From: Sediminibacterium sp.
Lineage (GTDB): Bacteria; Bacteroidota; Bacteroidia; Chitinophagales; Chitinophagaceae
Direction of reading: 5' to 3'
Length of the DNA stretch: 35,506 nucleotides
Assembly (NCBI GenBank): GCA_044239855.1
Contig: JBIIAP010000001.1
Location: 1-35,506 of the forward strand
Below the pieces are notes generated by a model. It saw only the letters and a list, made by a program, of their open reading frames with translations, had not been told where the DNA came from and did not search any database. Each line of letters begins with the position of its first letter. Position 1 is the first letter of the stretch. The translations under genes and the position numbers were made by a program. Below are positions 27,299-35,506 of the stretch, one piece after another.

Positions 27299-28132
27299 AT
27301 GTTTACACTTAACTGTAAAGGAAGTTTATTAATTATTGATCGGCCATTGGTTATGGGGATTATAAATGTTACGCCAGACTCCTTTTATTCACAAAGCAGG
27401 TCAGAAACTGTGGCTAATGCATTGGCAAAAGCAAGCCAAATGATGGAGGAAGGGGCTGATATATTGGATATTGGCGGGCAAAGTACCCGACCTGATGGGC
27501 ATTTACTATCAGAAACAGAAGAGTTAGCCAGGGTTATTCCGGTTATACATGCCATCCATCAATCCTTTCCGGAAACTATCCTTTCGGTGGATACATTTTA
27601 TCCATTAGTTGCCAAAGAAGCAGTGGCAGCGGGCGCTAAAATGATCAATGACATCAGTGGGGGCACCTATCATACAGAAATGCTGACCACTGTTGCCGGA
27701 TTAAATGTTCCCTATATCTGTATGCACAGTCCTGAGACAATAGCTAAAATGCATCAAAAAGAAATACAGGGTAACATTACCTTAGCATTAGTAGACTATT
27801 TCAAAGAAAGGCTATCTGCCTGTAAACAAGCGGGTATAAAAGATATAATCATTGATCCGGGAATTGGATTTGGTAAAACATTGGAGCAAAACTTTCAACT
27901 AATTAAAGAATTGAGTGTATTTAAGATTTTTGACAAACCCTTACTATTGGGTATTTCAAGAAAATCTTTTATTTATAAAACGCTAAATATATCGGCAGAT
28001 GATGCTTTAAATGGCACCACTGTTATACATACTATTGGAATACAAAATGATGCTTCAATTTTAAGAGTTCATGATGTAAAAGAAGCGGTACAAGTAATAA
28101 AACTGGCCGAATATGTAAATAAGAAAGCCTGA
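27299..28132 (+). CDS. folP: dihydropteroate synthase
   Basis: MGIINVTPDSF, DIGGQSTRP, INDISGG, DPGIGFGK, GISRKS, LRVHDV. Confidence 0.98.
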   Translation: MFTLNCKGSLLIIDRPLVMGIINVTPDSFYSQSRSETVANALAKASQMMEEGADILDIGGQSTRPDGHLLSETEELARVIPVIHAIHQSFPETILSVDTFYPLVAKEAVAAGAKMINDISGGTYHTEMLTTVAGLNVPYICMHSPETIAKMHQKEIQGNITLALVDYFKERLSACKQAGIKDIIIDPGIGFGKTLEQNFQLIKELSVFKIFDKPLLLGISRKSFIYKTLNISADDALNGTTVIHTIGIQNDASILRVHDVKEAVQVIKLAEYVNKKA

Positions 28133-28158
28133 ATCATTAACTAATTCAGGCTTTCTTA
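28120..28158. terminator. probable bidirectional intrinsic terminator between folP and the FKBP gene
   Basis: TAAGAAAGCCTGAAT-N9-ATTCAGGCTTTCTTA, a 15-bp perfect inverted repeat overlapping the folP stop. Confidence 0.8.
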
Positions 28159-28179
28159 AAATACTATCCATTTAAATTA

Positions 28180-29109
28180 TTATTTTCTTTCAGGAGCTGC
28201 TGCAGGTTGTGGAGCACCTGGTTTAGTAGCATTAGGTGCAGGTATAGTTACATCTAACACTTCAATATCAAATACTAATGAAGCGTATGGTGGTATTACC
28301 GGTGCACTACCATTAGGGCCATAACCCAATAATGCAGGTATGTACAATTTACCTCTACCGCCTTTACCAAATAAACGCATGCCTTCATCCATACCTCTGA
28401 TAACGCTTCCGCTGTTAACCACAAAAACCAATGGTTGATTATTTTGTGAATCCTTATCCATATTGCCATCAAACTTCTTACCATCTAAAAAAGTACCTCT
28501 ATACAAAATAGAAACTTGTTTACCGGAATCAGCTATTAAAGTCTGATCTCCAGCATTAGTTACTTCGACTAATACGCCAGAGCCGATTTCTTGTACTTTT
28601 GCACCTTTTTTAGCTGTAAAATCTTTTAATTCCTTAATTTCTCTACTTTTTTCGATGTCCATCTCTTTTTGGTAATCGGCCATCATCAATTCTTGAGAAG
28701 CAAAGGTCTTAATAATTTCTACTTTCCCATTAATCACATCTTTCTGCTTAAAAATATCATTATACTCTACCATCCCTAACTTTTTAAGAGAATCTACGCT
28801 CATGATAAAGTCTACTTTATCGCCGGGCGCACATTTAGTGATGATTTCAATAAAGCTGTGTTTGCCAGCACGGGTGGTATCTACCACAAAGTAAACCGGG
28901 ATTCTACCAAAAGAAGAGCTTAAAACTGAATCTTTTTTAGCGGGTAGTTTGTATTCAAGGTTTAATTTAACAAATTGACCTTGTTTTAAAAATTCTTTGC
29001 TATTTCCTTTATGGATTTTATAAGCAAAACCTGAAGGTGTTTTTTCATATTGATTACAACTTGCAAGCAATACAATCGCTGTTAAAAGCGTGAGGGTAAT
29101 TCTACTCAT
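28180..29109 (-). CDS. FKBP-type peptidyl-prolyl isomerase lipoprotein
   Basis: Lipobox LLAS|C; C-terminal FKBP (YRGTFLDGKKFD, VIRGMDEG, LYIPALLGYG, IPPYASLVFDIEV); degenerate N-terminal FKBP-like domain; Pro/Ala-rich tail. Confidence 0.9.
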   Translation of the reverse strand: MSRITLTLLTAIVLLASCNQYEKTPSGFAYKIHKGNSKEFLKQGQFVKLNLEYKLPAKKDSVLSSSFGRIPVYFVVDTTRAGKHSFIEIITKCAPGDKVDFIMSVDSLKKLGMVEYNDIFKQKDVINGKVEIIKTFASQELMMADYQKEMDIEKSREIKELKDFTAKKGAKVQEIGSGVLVEVTNAGDQTLIADSGKQVSILYRGTFLDGKKFDGNMDKDSQNNQPLVFVVNSGSVIRGMDEGMRLFGKGGRGKLYIPALLGYGPNGSAPVIPPYASLVFDIEVLDVTIPAPNATKPGAPQPAAAPERK

Positions 29110-29117
29110 TTTTTTGT

Positions 29118-30125
29118 TTATTGTAGTTGATTTGAATACTTAATTAATACTTCTTTAAAGTCTTTTACAGTTTGTTCGATTGAATGGCTACTTCTTCCTC
29201 CCGCCGCATTAACATGGCCACCACCCTCAAAATTTGCACGTGCAAACTGGTTCACATCAAACCCCCCCTTACTTCTAAAACTCCACTTTCGTTCTTCGTC
29301 TCTATCAATAACTATTGCGCCAAACTTTATTCCCTGAATTGATAATAAATAATTTACCAATCCTTCCGTATCACCGGTTTTAATATTAAACTTTTGTAAA
29401 TCTTGCTTTGTAATATACATCAAAGCAGTATTAAATGGATATAATACTTCTAATCTATTGGCCAATGCATACCCCACAAAACGGAGGCGATTTTCTAAGA
29501 AGTTGTCGAAAATATGATGATGTATTTGATCATGCTTTAGGCCAGATTCTTTTAAACGGGCAACCATTCTATGAACAGAAGCTGTGGTAGATGGGAACCT
29601 AAAGGACCCAGTATCTGTCATAACCCCTGTGTACAGACAAGCTGCAATTTCTGTATTAATATGACTTTCATATCCTGATTCTATAATCAAATCATAAATC
29701 ATTTCACAAGTTGAGCTTTTACCGGTATCACTATTCCCGAAATCAAAAGAAGGCTCATCGGGCTGCTGATGATGATCAATCAGCACTTTAATGGCTTTTG
29801 ATTCAGCTAAATGATTAGCCAAATTTTTGGTTCGATGGAAAATATTAAAGTCCAGGCAGCATATAATTTGCGCATCCTCAAGAATTTCAAGTGCTTTCTC
29901 TGTGTTTTTTTCAAAATTTACCACTTCATCTATACCTGGCATCCAATTCAAAAAATCGGCCCAATTGGTAGGAGAAATAACCGTTACCTCATGATTTAAA
30001 GTCTTTAAAAAATGATATAAACCAAGTGCAGAGCCCATCGCATCACCATCAGGCTTTTGATGCATGGTAATAACCACCTTTTGAGGTAGGGATAATAGAG
30101 GATAGAAAAAATCAATTTTTTGCAT
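29118..30125 (-). CDS. nrnA: DHH family phosphoesterase (nanoRNase/pAp phosphatase NrnA)
   Basis: HQKPDGDAMGS, IDHH, TDTGSF, SFRS, GGGHVNAAG. Confidence 0.92.
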   Translation of the reverse strand: MQKIDFFYPLLSLPQKVVITMHQKPDGDAMGSALGLYHFLKTLNHEVTVISPTNWADFLNWMPGIDEVVNFEKNTEKALEILEDAQIICCLDFNIFHRTKNLANHLAESKAIKVLIDHHQQPDEPSFDFGNSDTGKSSTCEMIYDLIIESGYESHINTEIAACLYTGVMTDTGSFRFPSTTASVHRMVARLKESGLKHDQIHHHIFDNFLENRLRFVGYALANRLEVLYPFNTALMYITKQDLQKFNIKTGDTEGLVNYLLSIQGIKFGAIVIDRDEERKWSFRSKGGFDVNQFARANFEGGGHVNAAGGRSSHSIEQTVKDFKEVLIKYSNQLQ

Positions 30126-30227
30126 AAAGTAGGAGCAAAATTGCAGTTTCTACACTAGTAAATCAAATCAATTTATCAAATCTTGTAAAAATTCTAAAAT
30201 CCTTAAGATGAAAATGACTGTATTTAG

Positions 30228-30235
30228 TACTTTTG
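30228..30235 (+). promoter_or_regulatory. -7 promoter element for ndk
   Basis: TACTTTTG, exact match 19 nt upstream of the ATG. Confidence 0.7.
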
Positions 30236-30254
30236 TGCAGAAATTAAAAACAAT

Positions 30255-30671
30255 ATGAGTAATAGAACATTTACGATGATTAAGCCAGATGCAACCCGTA
30301 AAGCTGATACAGGTGCAATTTTAGACCAAATTGTAAAAGCTGGATTTACAATTAAAGCTATGAAATGGACAAAATTAACAAAAGAACAAGCAGGTTTATT
30401 TTATGATGTTCATAGAGAACGACCTTTTTATGGTGAATTAGTTGATTTTATGAGTAGTGGTCCTATTGTAGCTGCAATTCTAGAAAAAGACAATGCTGTT
30501 GCAGATTTTAGAACATTAATTGGAGCAACCAACCCAGAGCAAGCTGCTGAAGGAACTATTCGTAAGCGTTTTGCAGCTTCTGTTGGTGAAAATGCTGTTC
30601 ATGGAAGCGATAGCGATGAGAATGCTGCAATTGAAGGCAACTTTTTCTTCTCTTCTTTAGAACGATTTTAA
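30255..30671 (+). CDS. ndk: nucleoside-diphosphate kinase
   Basis: [32 protein letters not shown]. Confidence 0.98.
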   Translation: MSNRTFTMIKPDATRKADTGAILDQIVKAGFTIKAMKWTKLTKEQAGLFYDVHRERPFYGELVDFMSSGPIVAAILEKDNAVADFRTLIGATNPEQAAEGTIRKRFAASVGENAVHGSDSDENAAIEGNFFFSSLERF

Positions 30672-30682
30672 TTGGTACTTAT

Positions 30683-30732
30683 ATTTAAACAAAAAAGGTA
30701 TTTGAAAAATCAAGTACCTTTTTTGTTTAAAT
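30683..30732. terminator. bidirectional intrinsic terminator between ndk and the beta-barrel gene
   Basis: ATTTAAACAAAAAAGGTA-T-TTGA-AAAA-TCAA-G-TACCTTTTTTGTTTAAAT, a long hairpin filling the convergent gap. Confidence 0.88.
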
Positions 30733-31643
30733 TATTTTTTACTATGATTACCGTGTGGACTAAGAGAAGATCTGTTATCCAAAAATGGAATATCTTTAAA
30801 ATTGAGATAAAACGACACATTTACGGAATGATAAATATCGTTCAAACTACCTCCTCTTTGTACGTTTTGATGAAATGATTGATATCTGTCATTTGGATCT
30901 ATTTCATCTCTCCGCCAGGTAAGCCCTATCGTTTTTGCAGGATCAACCAACCCTTTATCGTTTAATAATACGATAGGGTCCGGGTATTTGCCTCCCACAT
31001 CATCTAAATAGTCTGTGAAAATATACCGCCACCAAAACTCTGCATGAATCGACAAAGTTTGTGTTATAGCATATTTAATCCCTGCTCCTAAAGTAATAGT
31101 TGGCTGCCATAGACTATATTGTTTTTTTTTGGGAAATGAGGCTAATCCTAAACCTTCTGTATGTAAATTATGTAAATATACTTTTTCACCCGTCCTATCA
31201 ATCGTCCAGGGATTAAAATGAATAAATCCTACACCCCCAAATAAATATGGAGCAAGTTGATGCTTGAATTTTTTAGTATTTAAAAAATCATATTGGCCTG
31301 CAAGAGATAATTCATATACATATGTTCTAAAACTTAAATTGCGTTTTGCTAAATCTGGCCTGGAACTATTTTTATCTGCCCCTTGTAATTCTAAAAAGGA
31401 TAAATCCAATCTCATTAAAAACTTTTCAGATATATCATAAGTTAACCCCCCATTTATTTCCCAAAGTGAAGTTTTAGCATCAATAAATCTAGCATTTTCT
31501 TGTAAATCTCCATAATAGGTGGTCATGCCTGCTCCAAATTTAATATTATAACGACTAACATCATCATATACACCAAATTGAGCATTTACCGATATAAAAT
31601 TCAGTAAACCAAAAAAGAATATTCCGGATTTTAATGATCTCAT
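30732..31643 (-). CDS. DUF6089-like outer-membrane beta-barrel protein
   Basis: Signal peptide ending VNA|QF; YYGDL, RNLSFRT, PYLFGGVG...FNP, GAGIKY, FTDYLDDV. Confidence 0.8.
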   Translation of the reverse strand: MRSLKSGIFFFGLLNFISVNAQFGVYDDVSRYNIKFGAGMTTYYGDLQENARFIDAKTSLWEINGGLTYDISEKFLMRLDLSFLELQGADKNSSRPDLAKRNLSFRTYVYELSLAGQYDFLNTKKFKHQLAPYLFGGVGFIHFNPWTIDRTGEKVYLHNLHTEGLGLASFPKKKQYSLWQPTITLGAGIKYAITQTLSIHAEFWWRYIFTDYLDDVGGKYPDPIVLLNDKGLVDPAKTIGLTWRRDEIDPNDRYQSFHQNVQRGGSLNDIYHSVNVSFYLNFKDIPFLDNRSSLSPHGNHSKK

Positions 31644-31657
31644 ATTTACTAGAAATG

Positions 31658-31665
31658 CAAATATA
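31658..31665 (-). promoter_or_regulatory. -7 promoter element for the beta-barrel gene
   Basis: TATATTTG(CA) on minus, 14 nt upstream of the ATG. Confidence 0.65.
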
Positions 31666-31720
31666 TACGTATAATTTTATTAAAATAGTTTAAGCTATAT
31701 TTAAAGAATATTTAAAAAGT

Positions 31721-32956
31721 ATGAAGAAGAGGCATCAAGTATTGCTAGTTTTATCGATCTTGTCGATGATTACCTTTTTAGACAGAATCGCGCTATCGTC
31801 TGCAAGTGAATCGGTAATGAATGATTTACATCTTAATACCATTCAGTGGGGATGGATTTTAGGTATGTTTACCATTGCCTATGGACTATTTGAAGTTCCT
31901 ACCGGTTGGTTAGGTGACAAATTTGGCGGAAAAAAAATACTAATCCGTGTAGTACTTTGGTGGTCGTTTTTTACCATATTAACCGGTTTTTCTACAGGGT
32001 TTGTGATGCTCTTGGTTATCAGATTTCTATTTGGTATTGGTGAAGCAGGTGCTTACCCCAACACTTCTATTATATTGAGTAAATGGTTCCCTGTAATTGA
32101 ACGAGGAAGAGCACAAGCTATTATTTGGGGCGCATCCCGAGTTGGTGCTGCATTAACCCCATTTGTTGTTTTACCATTACAACAATTATATAACTGGAGA
32201 ATGCCTTTCTATGTTTTAGGCACAGTAGGTATTATTTGGGTGGTGTTTTGGATATATTGGCATAAAGAAGAACCAACAGACGCTGCCAATATTAACCAAG
32301 AAGAACTTGATTATATCTTAAAAAACAGGGACAACCAATCAGCTCACACCGGATTAAAAGATTCATTCTGGTCTATTTTCAAGTCTGTTAATTTATGGTA
32401 TTTAATGGCCATGTATTTCTGCTATGCTATTGGCACTTATTTCTTTCAAAGCTGGTTTCATACTTATTTGCAAAAAGGCAGGCACATACCCAAAGACCAA
32501 TTAATTTGGGCGTCTTCCCTACCCTATATTTTAGCGGCATTAGGGTGTTTAGTTGGAGGATGGCTAAGTGATAAAGCTTGTTTGAAATACGGTAAAAAAT
32601 GGGGTCGTCGCATTATTCCTTTAATAGGTCTATTCATTGCAGGCTTCTGTTTAATTGGCGCGGCATCAGTTTCTAATAATTTGATTGCCATTGTTGCCCT
32701 AGCAATTGGGATGTTTTGTATGGATGTGACTGCACCTGTTGCCTGGGCAGTATCTATGGACTTAAATAGACATAAAAGTGGCGTTATTTCAGGCTCTATG
32801 AATACAGCAGGGTTAACCGGTGCATATTTAAGTACGGTTTTGTTCGGCTATTTAGCCAATTCATACGGATATGCACTTCCTTTAATATTAATAGGCATTA
32901 TAGTGATTGGTGGTGCCTTTTTATGGTTAAAGATAGATGCTACTGAAGCGGTTTAA
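31721..32956 (+). CDS. MFS transporter, anion:cation symporter (ACS; GudP/ExuT-like) family
   Basis: ITFLDR, GWLGDKFG, RFLFGIGEAGAYP, WFPVIERGRA, GGWLSD; ~12 TM segments. Confidence 0.9.
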   Translation: MKKRHQVLLVLSILSMITFLDRIALSSASESVMNDLHLNTIQWGWILGMFTIAYGLFEVPTGWLGDKFGGKKILIRVVLWWSFFTILTGFSTGFVMLLVIRFLFGIGEAGAYPNTSIILSKWFPVIERGRAQAIIWGASRVGAALTPFVVLPLQQLYNWRMPFYVLGTVGIIWVVFWIYWHKEEPTDAANINQEELDYILKNRDNQSAHTGLKDSFWSIFKSVNLWYLMAMYFCYAIGTYFFQSWFHTYLQKGRHIPKDQLIWASSLPYILAALGCLVGGWLSDKACLKYGKKWGRRIIPLIGLFIAGFCLIGAASVSNNLIAIVALAIGMFCMDVTAPVAWAVSMDLNRHKSGVISGSMNTAGLTGAYLSTVLFGYLANSYGYALPLILIGIIVIGGAFLWLKIDATEAV

Positions 32957-32986
32957 TGGTAAATTGTTTTAAATAAAGGTTTTATT

Positions 32987-32994
32987 TAATTTTG
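32987..32994 (+). promoter_or_regulatory. -7 promoter element for the FkbM gene
   Basis: TAATTTTG, exact match in the intergenic gap. Confidence 0.55.
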
Positions 32995-33028
32995 TTGCTT
33001 TAATTAATCATCCTTCAAAAAAAATAAT

Positions 33029-33778
33029 TTGAAAATCATTAAGAAATTACTTTATCAATTACTTGGGCAAGACAAATATCTACAATTATTATCTTTCCTT
33101 TTCCCTTATATATTTAATAATGGATTGTTAAAAAATAATCAAGAGTACGCCTTCCATTATTTTGTAAATAACTTGATTAAACCAACTGATACCGTAATTG
33201 ATATTGGTGCTAACTTGGGTTATTATTCCGGAATTTTCGCAAAACTTACTGCCAATGGCGGAAAACTAATTTCAATTGAACCCGTACTGCCTTTTTATAC
33301 TATACTTCAAAATACTATTAATAAGTTTGCGCACTGCAAAGCATATAATTTTGCATTAGGAAAAGAAGACAAAGAGGTTGTGCTTACCATACCTGGCAAT
33401 TATGGTTATATAAGAACGGGATTGGCTAGCGTATCAGATACACCGCTAAATAACAGCTCCGATTTTAAATTTCCCGCAGCAATGAAAAATGCATACCCAT
33501 TTATCAATCAGTTTTCACCCATTAATTATATAAAGTGCGACATTGAAGGGTATGAGTCTGTTGTAATTCCGGAGCTTAGAACAATTTTCGAAAAACAAAA
33601 ACCATTATTACAAATTGAAACGAGTGGCGACAATAAAATAATGATTCAAAAAATGATGGAAGAGATTGGCTATGAATGTTATTCGTTATACCAAGGCAAA
33701 CTGGTTAAAAATCTTTCCGATGATCTTCATTATGGAGATTATTTATTTGTGCCAACTAATGCCGATATAATAAAATAA
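33029..33778 (+). CDS. FkbM family SAM-dependent methyltransferase
   Basis: TTG start; VIDIGANLG, SIEP, NFALG, YIKCDIEGYE. Confidence 0.9.
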   Translation: MKIIKKLLYQLLGQDKYLQLLSFLFPYIFNNGLLKNNQEYAFHYFVNNLIKPTDTVIDIGANLGYYSGIFAKLTANGGKLISIEPVLPFYTILQNTINKFAHCKAYNFALGKEDKEVVLTIPGNYGYIRTGLASVSDTPLNNSSDFKFPAAMKNAYPFINQFSPINYIKCDIEGYESVVIPELRTIFEKQKPLLQIETSGDNKIMIQKMMEEIGYECYSLYQGKLVKNLSDDLHYGDYLFVPTNADIIK

Positions 33779-33816
33779 GTTAAAACACAACAAAAATTAT
33801 CGTTAATGGAAGAACG

Positions 33817-35506
33817 CTATTTGGGTTCTTCCATTTTTTGTACAGGTATTAAATCTGCCAAATCAACATTCATAGGAAGTAAACCAATTTGCACAATAGC
33901 TCGTTTACCGCGTATCTCTATAACTTCCCCAACTTGATAATTTTTCTTAAGCTTGACTAAAGATCCGACAATGATTTGATCATTCAATTCCTTGTATTTC
34001 AAATCCACTTTTTTAGCCAGCTTATTTACTACTATTGTTTCCTTTTGTTTAAATAAAAGGTTTTGTAAATTTTTAACTACTTCGTTTTTGTTATCCGACT
34101 TTTTCCAATCCAGTACAACCTGTTTCAGTTTTCGCTCCATATCCTTAAGATAGATCAACCTGTCTTCGGTAATTTTGTTTTGATTTCTTAGTATCTCCAC
34201 TTGTTGTCTATGGCGTTCTTTGTCTAAAACAATTTCCATTTCTTTTTTTAATCGCTCATTTTCCTTCATCAACCTATTCAATTCCTTTTTTTCTTTTTCA
34301 AGCAATTGTAAATCTTGTTCGGTTCTGTTAAGTAACCGATCGAGTTTAAAATGATCTTCTTCTACCAATTTTCTGGCGCGGTTAATTAAGTGATTAGGTA
34401 ATCCAATTCTTTCCGCAATTGCAAATGTGTAAGAGCTGCCGGGCTTTCCGGTAATCAGTTTATACATCGGCAATAAATTCACCTCATCAAATTGCATTGC
34501 AGCATTTAAAATGCCTTGCGTATGATTCGCCATCACTTTTAAATTAAGGTAGTGCGTTGTAACTACCCCAAATGAGTGGCGGCGAGACAGTTCCTCCATA
34601 ATAACTTCGGCAAATGCACCGCCTAAATTTGGATCAGAACCGCTTCCTAATTCATCTATAAAAAACATGGTTTTACCATTAGCGTTCTCCATAAAATGTT
34701 TCATGTGTAGCAAGTGACTGGAATAGGTACTTAATTCAAATTGCAAATTTTGAGTATCGCCAATATGTATGAACAATTGTTTAAAAATACCCATTTGTGA
34801 AGTAGCACTAACAGGAACCAATAACCCACTTTGTAACATCAATTGATTCAGTCCAATTGTTTTCATTGTTACGGTTTTACCACCCGCATTTGGACCACTG
34901 ATTACTAAAATCCTATTTTGTTCGTCTAAATTTAAAGAAACCGGTATTGTTTTTTTGCCTGAAACTTTGTTGTATAACAGCAATAATGGATGGTAAGCTT
35001 CTACTAACTTGATTTGAGCTTTATCGGCTATATCAGGCAAATTGGCATTCATTTTTACCGCTAAGCCAGCTTTAGCCTTAATAAAATCAAACTCACCAAT
35101 AATTTGAATATATTGATTTAATAATGGTGCATATACAGAAAGCTTTGCGGTTAATGCTCTTAATATTTTTTGAACTTCTTTTACTTCTTCATTTTCAAGT
35201 GAAAAGACTTCATTATTTAATTCAATGGTTTCTTCCGGTTCAATAAACGCAGTTTTACGACTATCACTTTCTCCGTGCAAAATACCTTTAACCTGTCTTT
35301 TGTGTTCCGAAAAAACAGCAATCACTCTTCTGCCGTTGCTGAAACTTTCATCAATGTCTGCTGTATATCCGGCTTTAGCCATTTTTTGAACTACTTTTTC
35401 AAACATGCGCCTAAGTTCATTGCGACGTTTGAATAAGTTTAACCTGATTTTTTGTAAATCATCAGATGCATTGTCTTTAACAACACCAGAATCATCCATT
35501 ACCTCA
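33817..35506 (-). CDS. mutS2: MutS2 family protein, 5'-truncated by the window, no C-terminal Smr domain
   Basis: HPLL, ISGPNAGGKTV, LSTYSSH, IDELGSGSDP, TTHY, GKPGSSY, coiled coil, KOW/SH3-like end. The frame stays open beyond 35499 (…GAG GTA ATG). Confidence 0.92.
   Translation of the reverse strand, partial: EVMDDSGVVKDNASDDLQKIRLNLFKRRNELRRMFEKVVQKMAKAGYTADIDESFSNGRRVIAVFSEHKRQVKGILHGESDSRKTAFIEPEETIELNNEVFSLENEEVKEVQKILRALTAKLSVYAPLLNQYIQIIGEFDFIKAKAGLAVKMNANLPDIADKAQIKLVEAYHPLLLLYNKVSGKKTIPVSLNLDEQNRILVISGPNAGGKTVTMKTIGLNQLMLQSGLLVPVSATSQMGIFKQLFIHIGDTQNLQFELSTYSSHLLHMKHFMENANGKTMFFIDELGSGSDPNLGGAFAEVIMEELSRRHSFGVVTTHYLNLKVMANHTQGILNAAMQFDEVNLLPMYKLITGKPGSSYTFAIAERIGLPNHLINRARKLVEEDHFKLDRLLNRTEQDLQLLEKEKKELNRLMKENERLKKEMEIVLDKERHRQQVEILRNQNKITEDRLIYLKDMERKLKQVVLDWKKSDNKNEVVKNLQNLLFKQKETIVVNKLAKKVDLKYKELNDQIIVGSLVKLKKNYQVGEVIEIRGKRAIVQIGLLPMNVDLADLIPVQKMEEPK

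Noticed and set aside
30160-30183. ATCAAATC repeats in the nrnA-ndk gap (similarly AATACTT repeats near 13925-13945)
   Set aside because: Short low-complexity matches expected by chance in AT-rich DNA.
4979-30732. The three hairpins as REP/MITE-like mobile repeats
   Set aside because: They share no sequence with each other and sit right after stop codons, so they are better explained as intrinsic terminators.
468-30878. Short alternative-frame or antisense ORFs in the track (e.g. 468-683, 1636-1833, 3113-3487, 4820-5062, 11891-12208, 13589-13855, 20008-20280, 30672-30878)
   Set aside because: They lie within or across well-supported genes or terminators, show no recognisable motifs, and look like shadow ORFs.
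1-35506. Prophage, IS, defence island, tRNA/rRNA
   Set aside because: No integrase, transposase, phage structural or known defence motifs, no cloverleaf or rRNA-like segment, and no obvious compositional break.

Overview
AT-rich, very tightly packed core-genome region of a Bacteroidota bacterium. A Chitinophagaceae-like lineage is inferred from the T9SS PorP/SprF plus type-B CTD genes, the Bacteroidota-type sigma70 lacking region 1.1, TAnnTTTG promoters and Gln after signal peptides. About 34 CDS are present, two of them truncated by the window ends. Most are housekeeping genes (trxB, folB, folP, sigma70, ltaE, pgi, pyrE, pyrR-pyrB, coaD, recF-dciA, nrnA, ndk, mutS2). There is also a T9SS surface-protein locus with two ~1200-aa paralogous IgGFc-binding/PKD/type-B-CTD proteins and one PorP/SprF gene. 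I see no rRNA, tRNA, CRISPR array, transposase, integrase or recognisable defence system. The most intriguing element is a probable operon trxB-folB-[exported RMDN/PTPIP51-like TPR protein]-[acyl-CoA-binding protein], a pair of eukaryote-shared, lipid-binding-type proteins. Other leads: a duplicated DUF1599 protein divergent from folP, an Smr-less MutS2, a sigma70 with substitutions in promoter-recognition regions, and apparently leaderless pyr genes beside a degenerate PyrR. All family calls come from motif recognition by eye; no searches were run.
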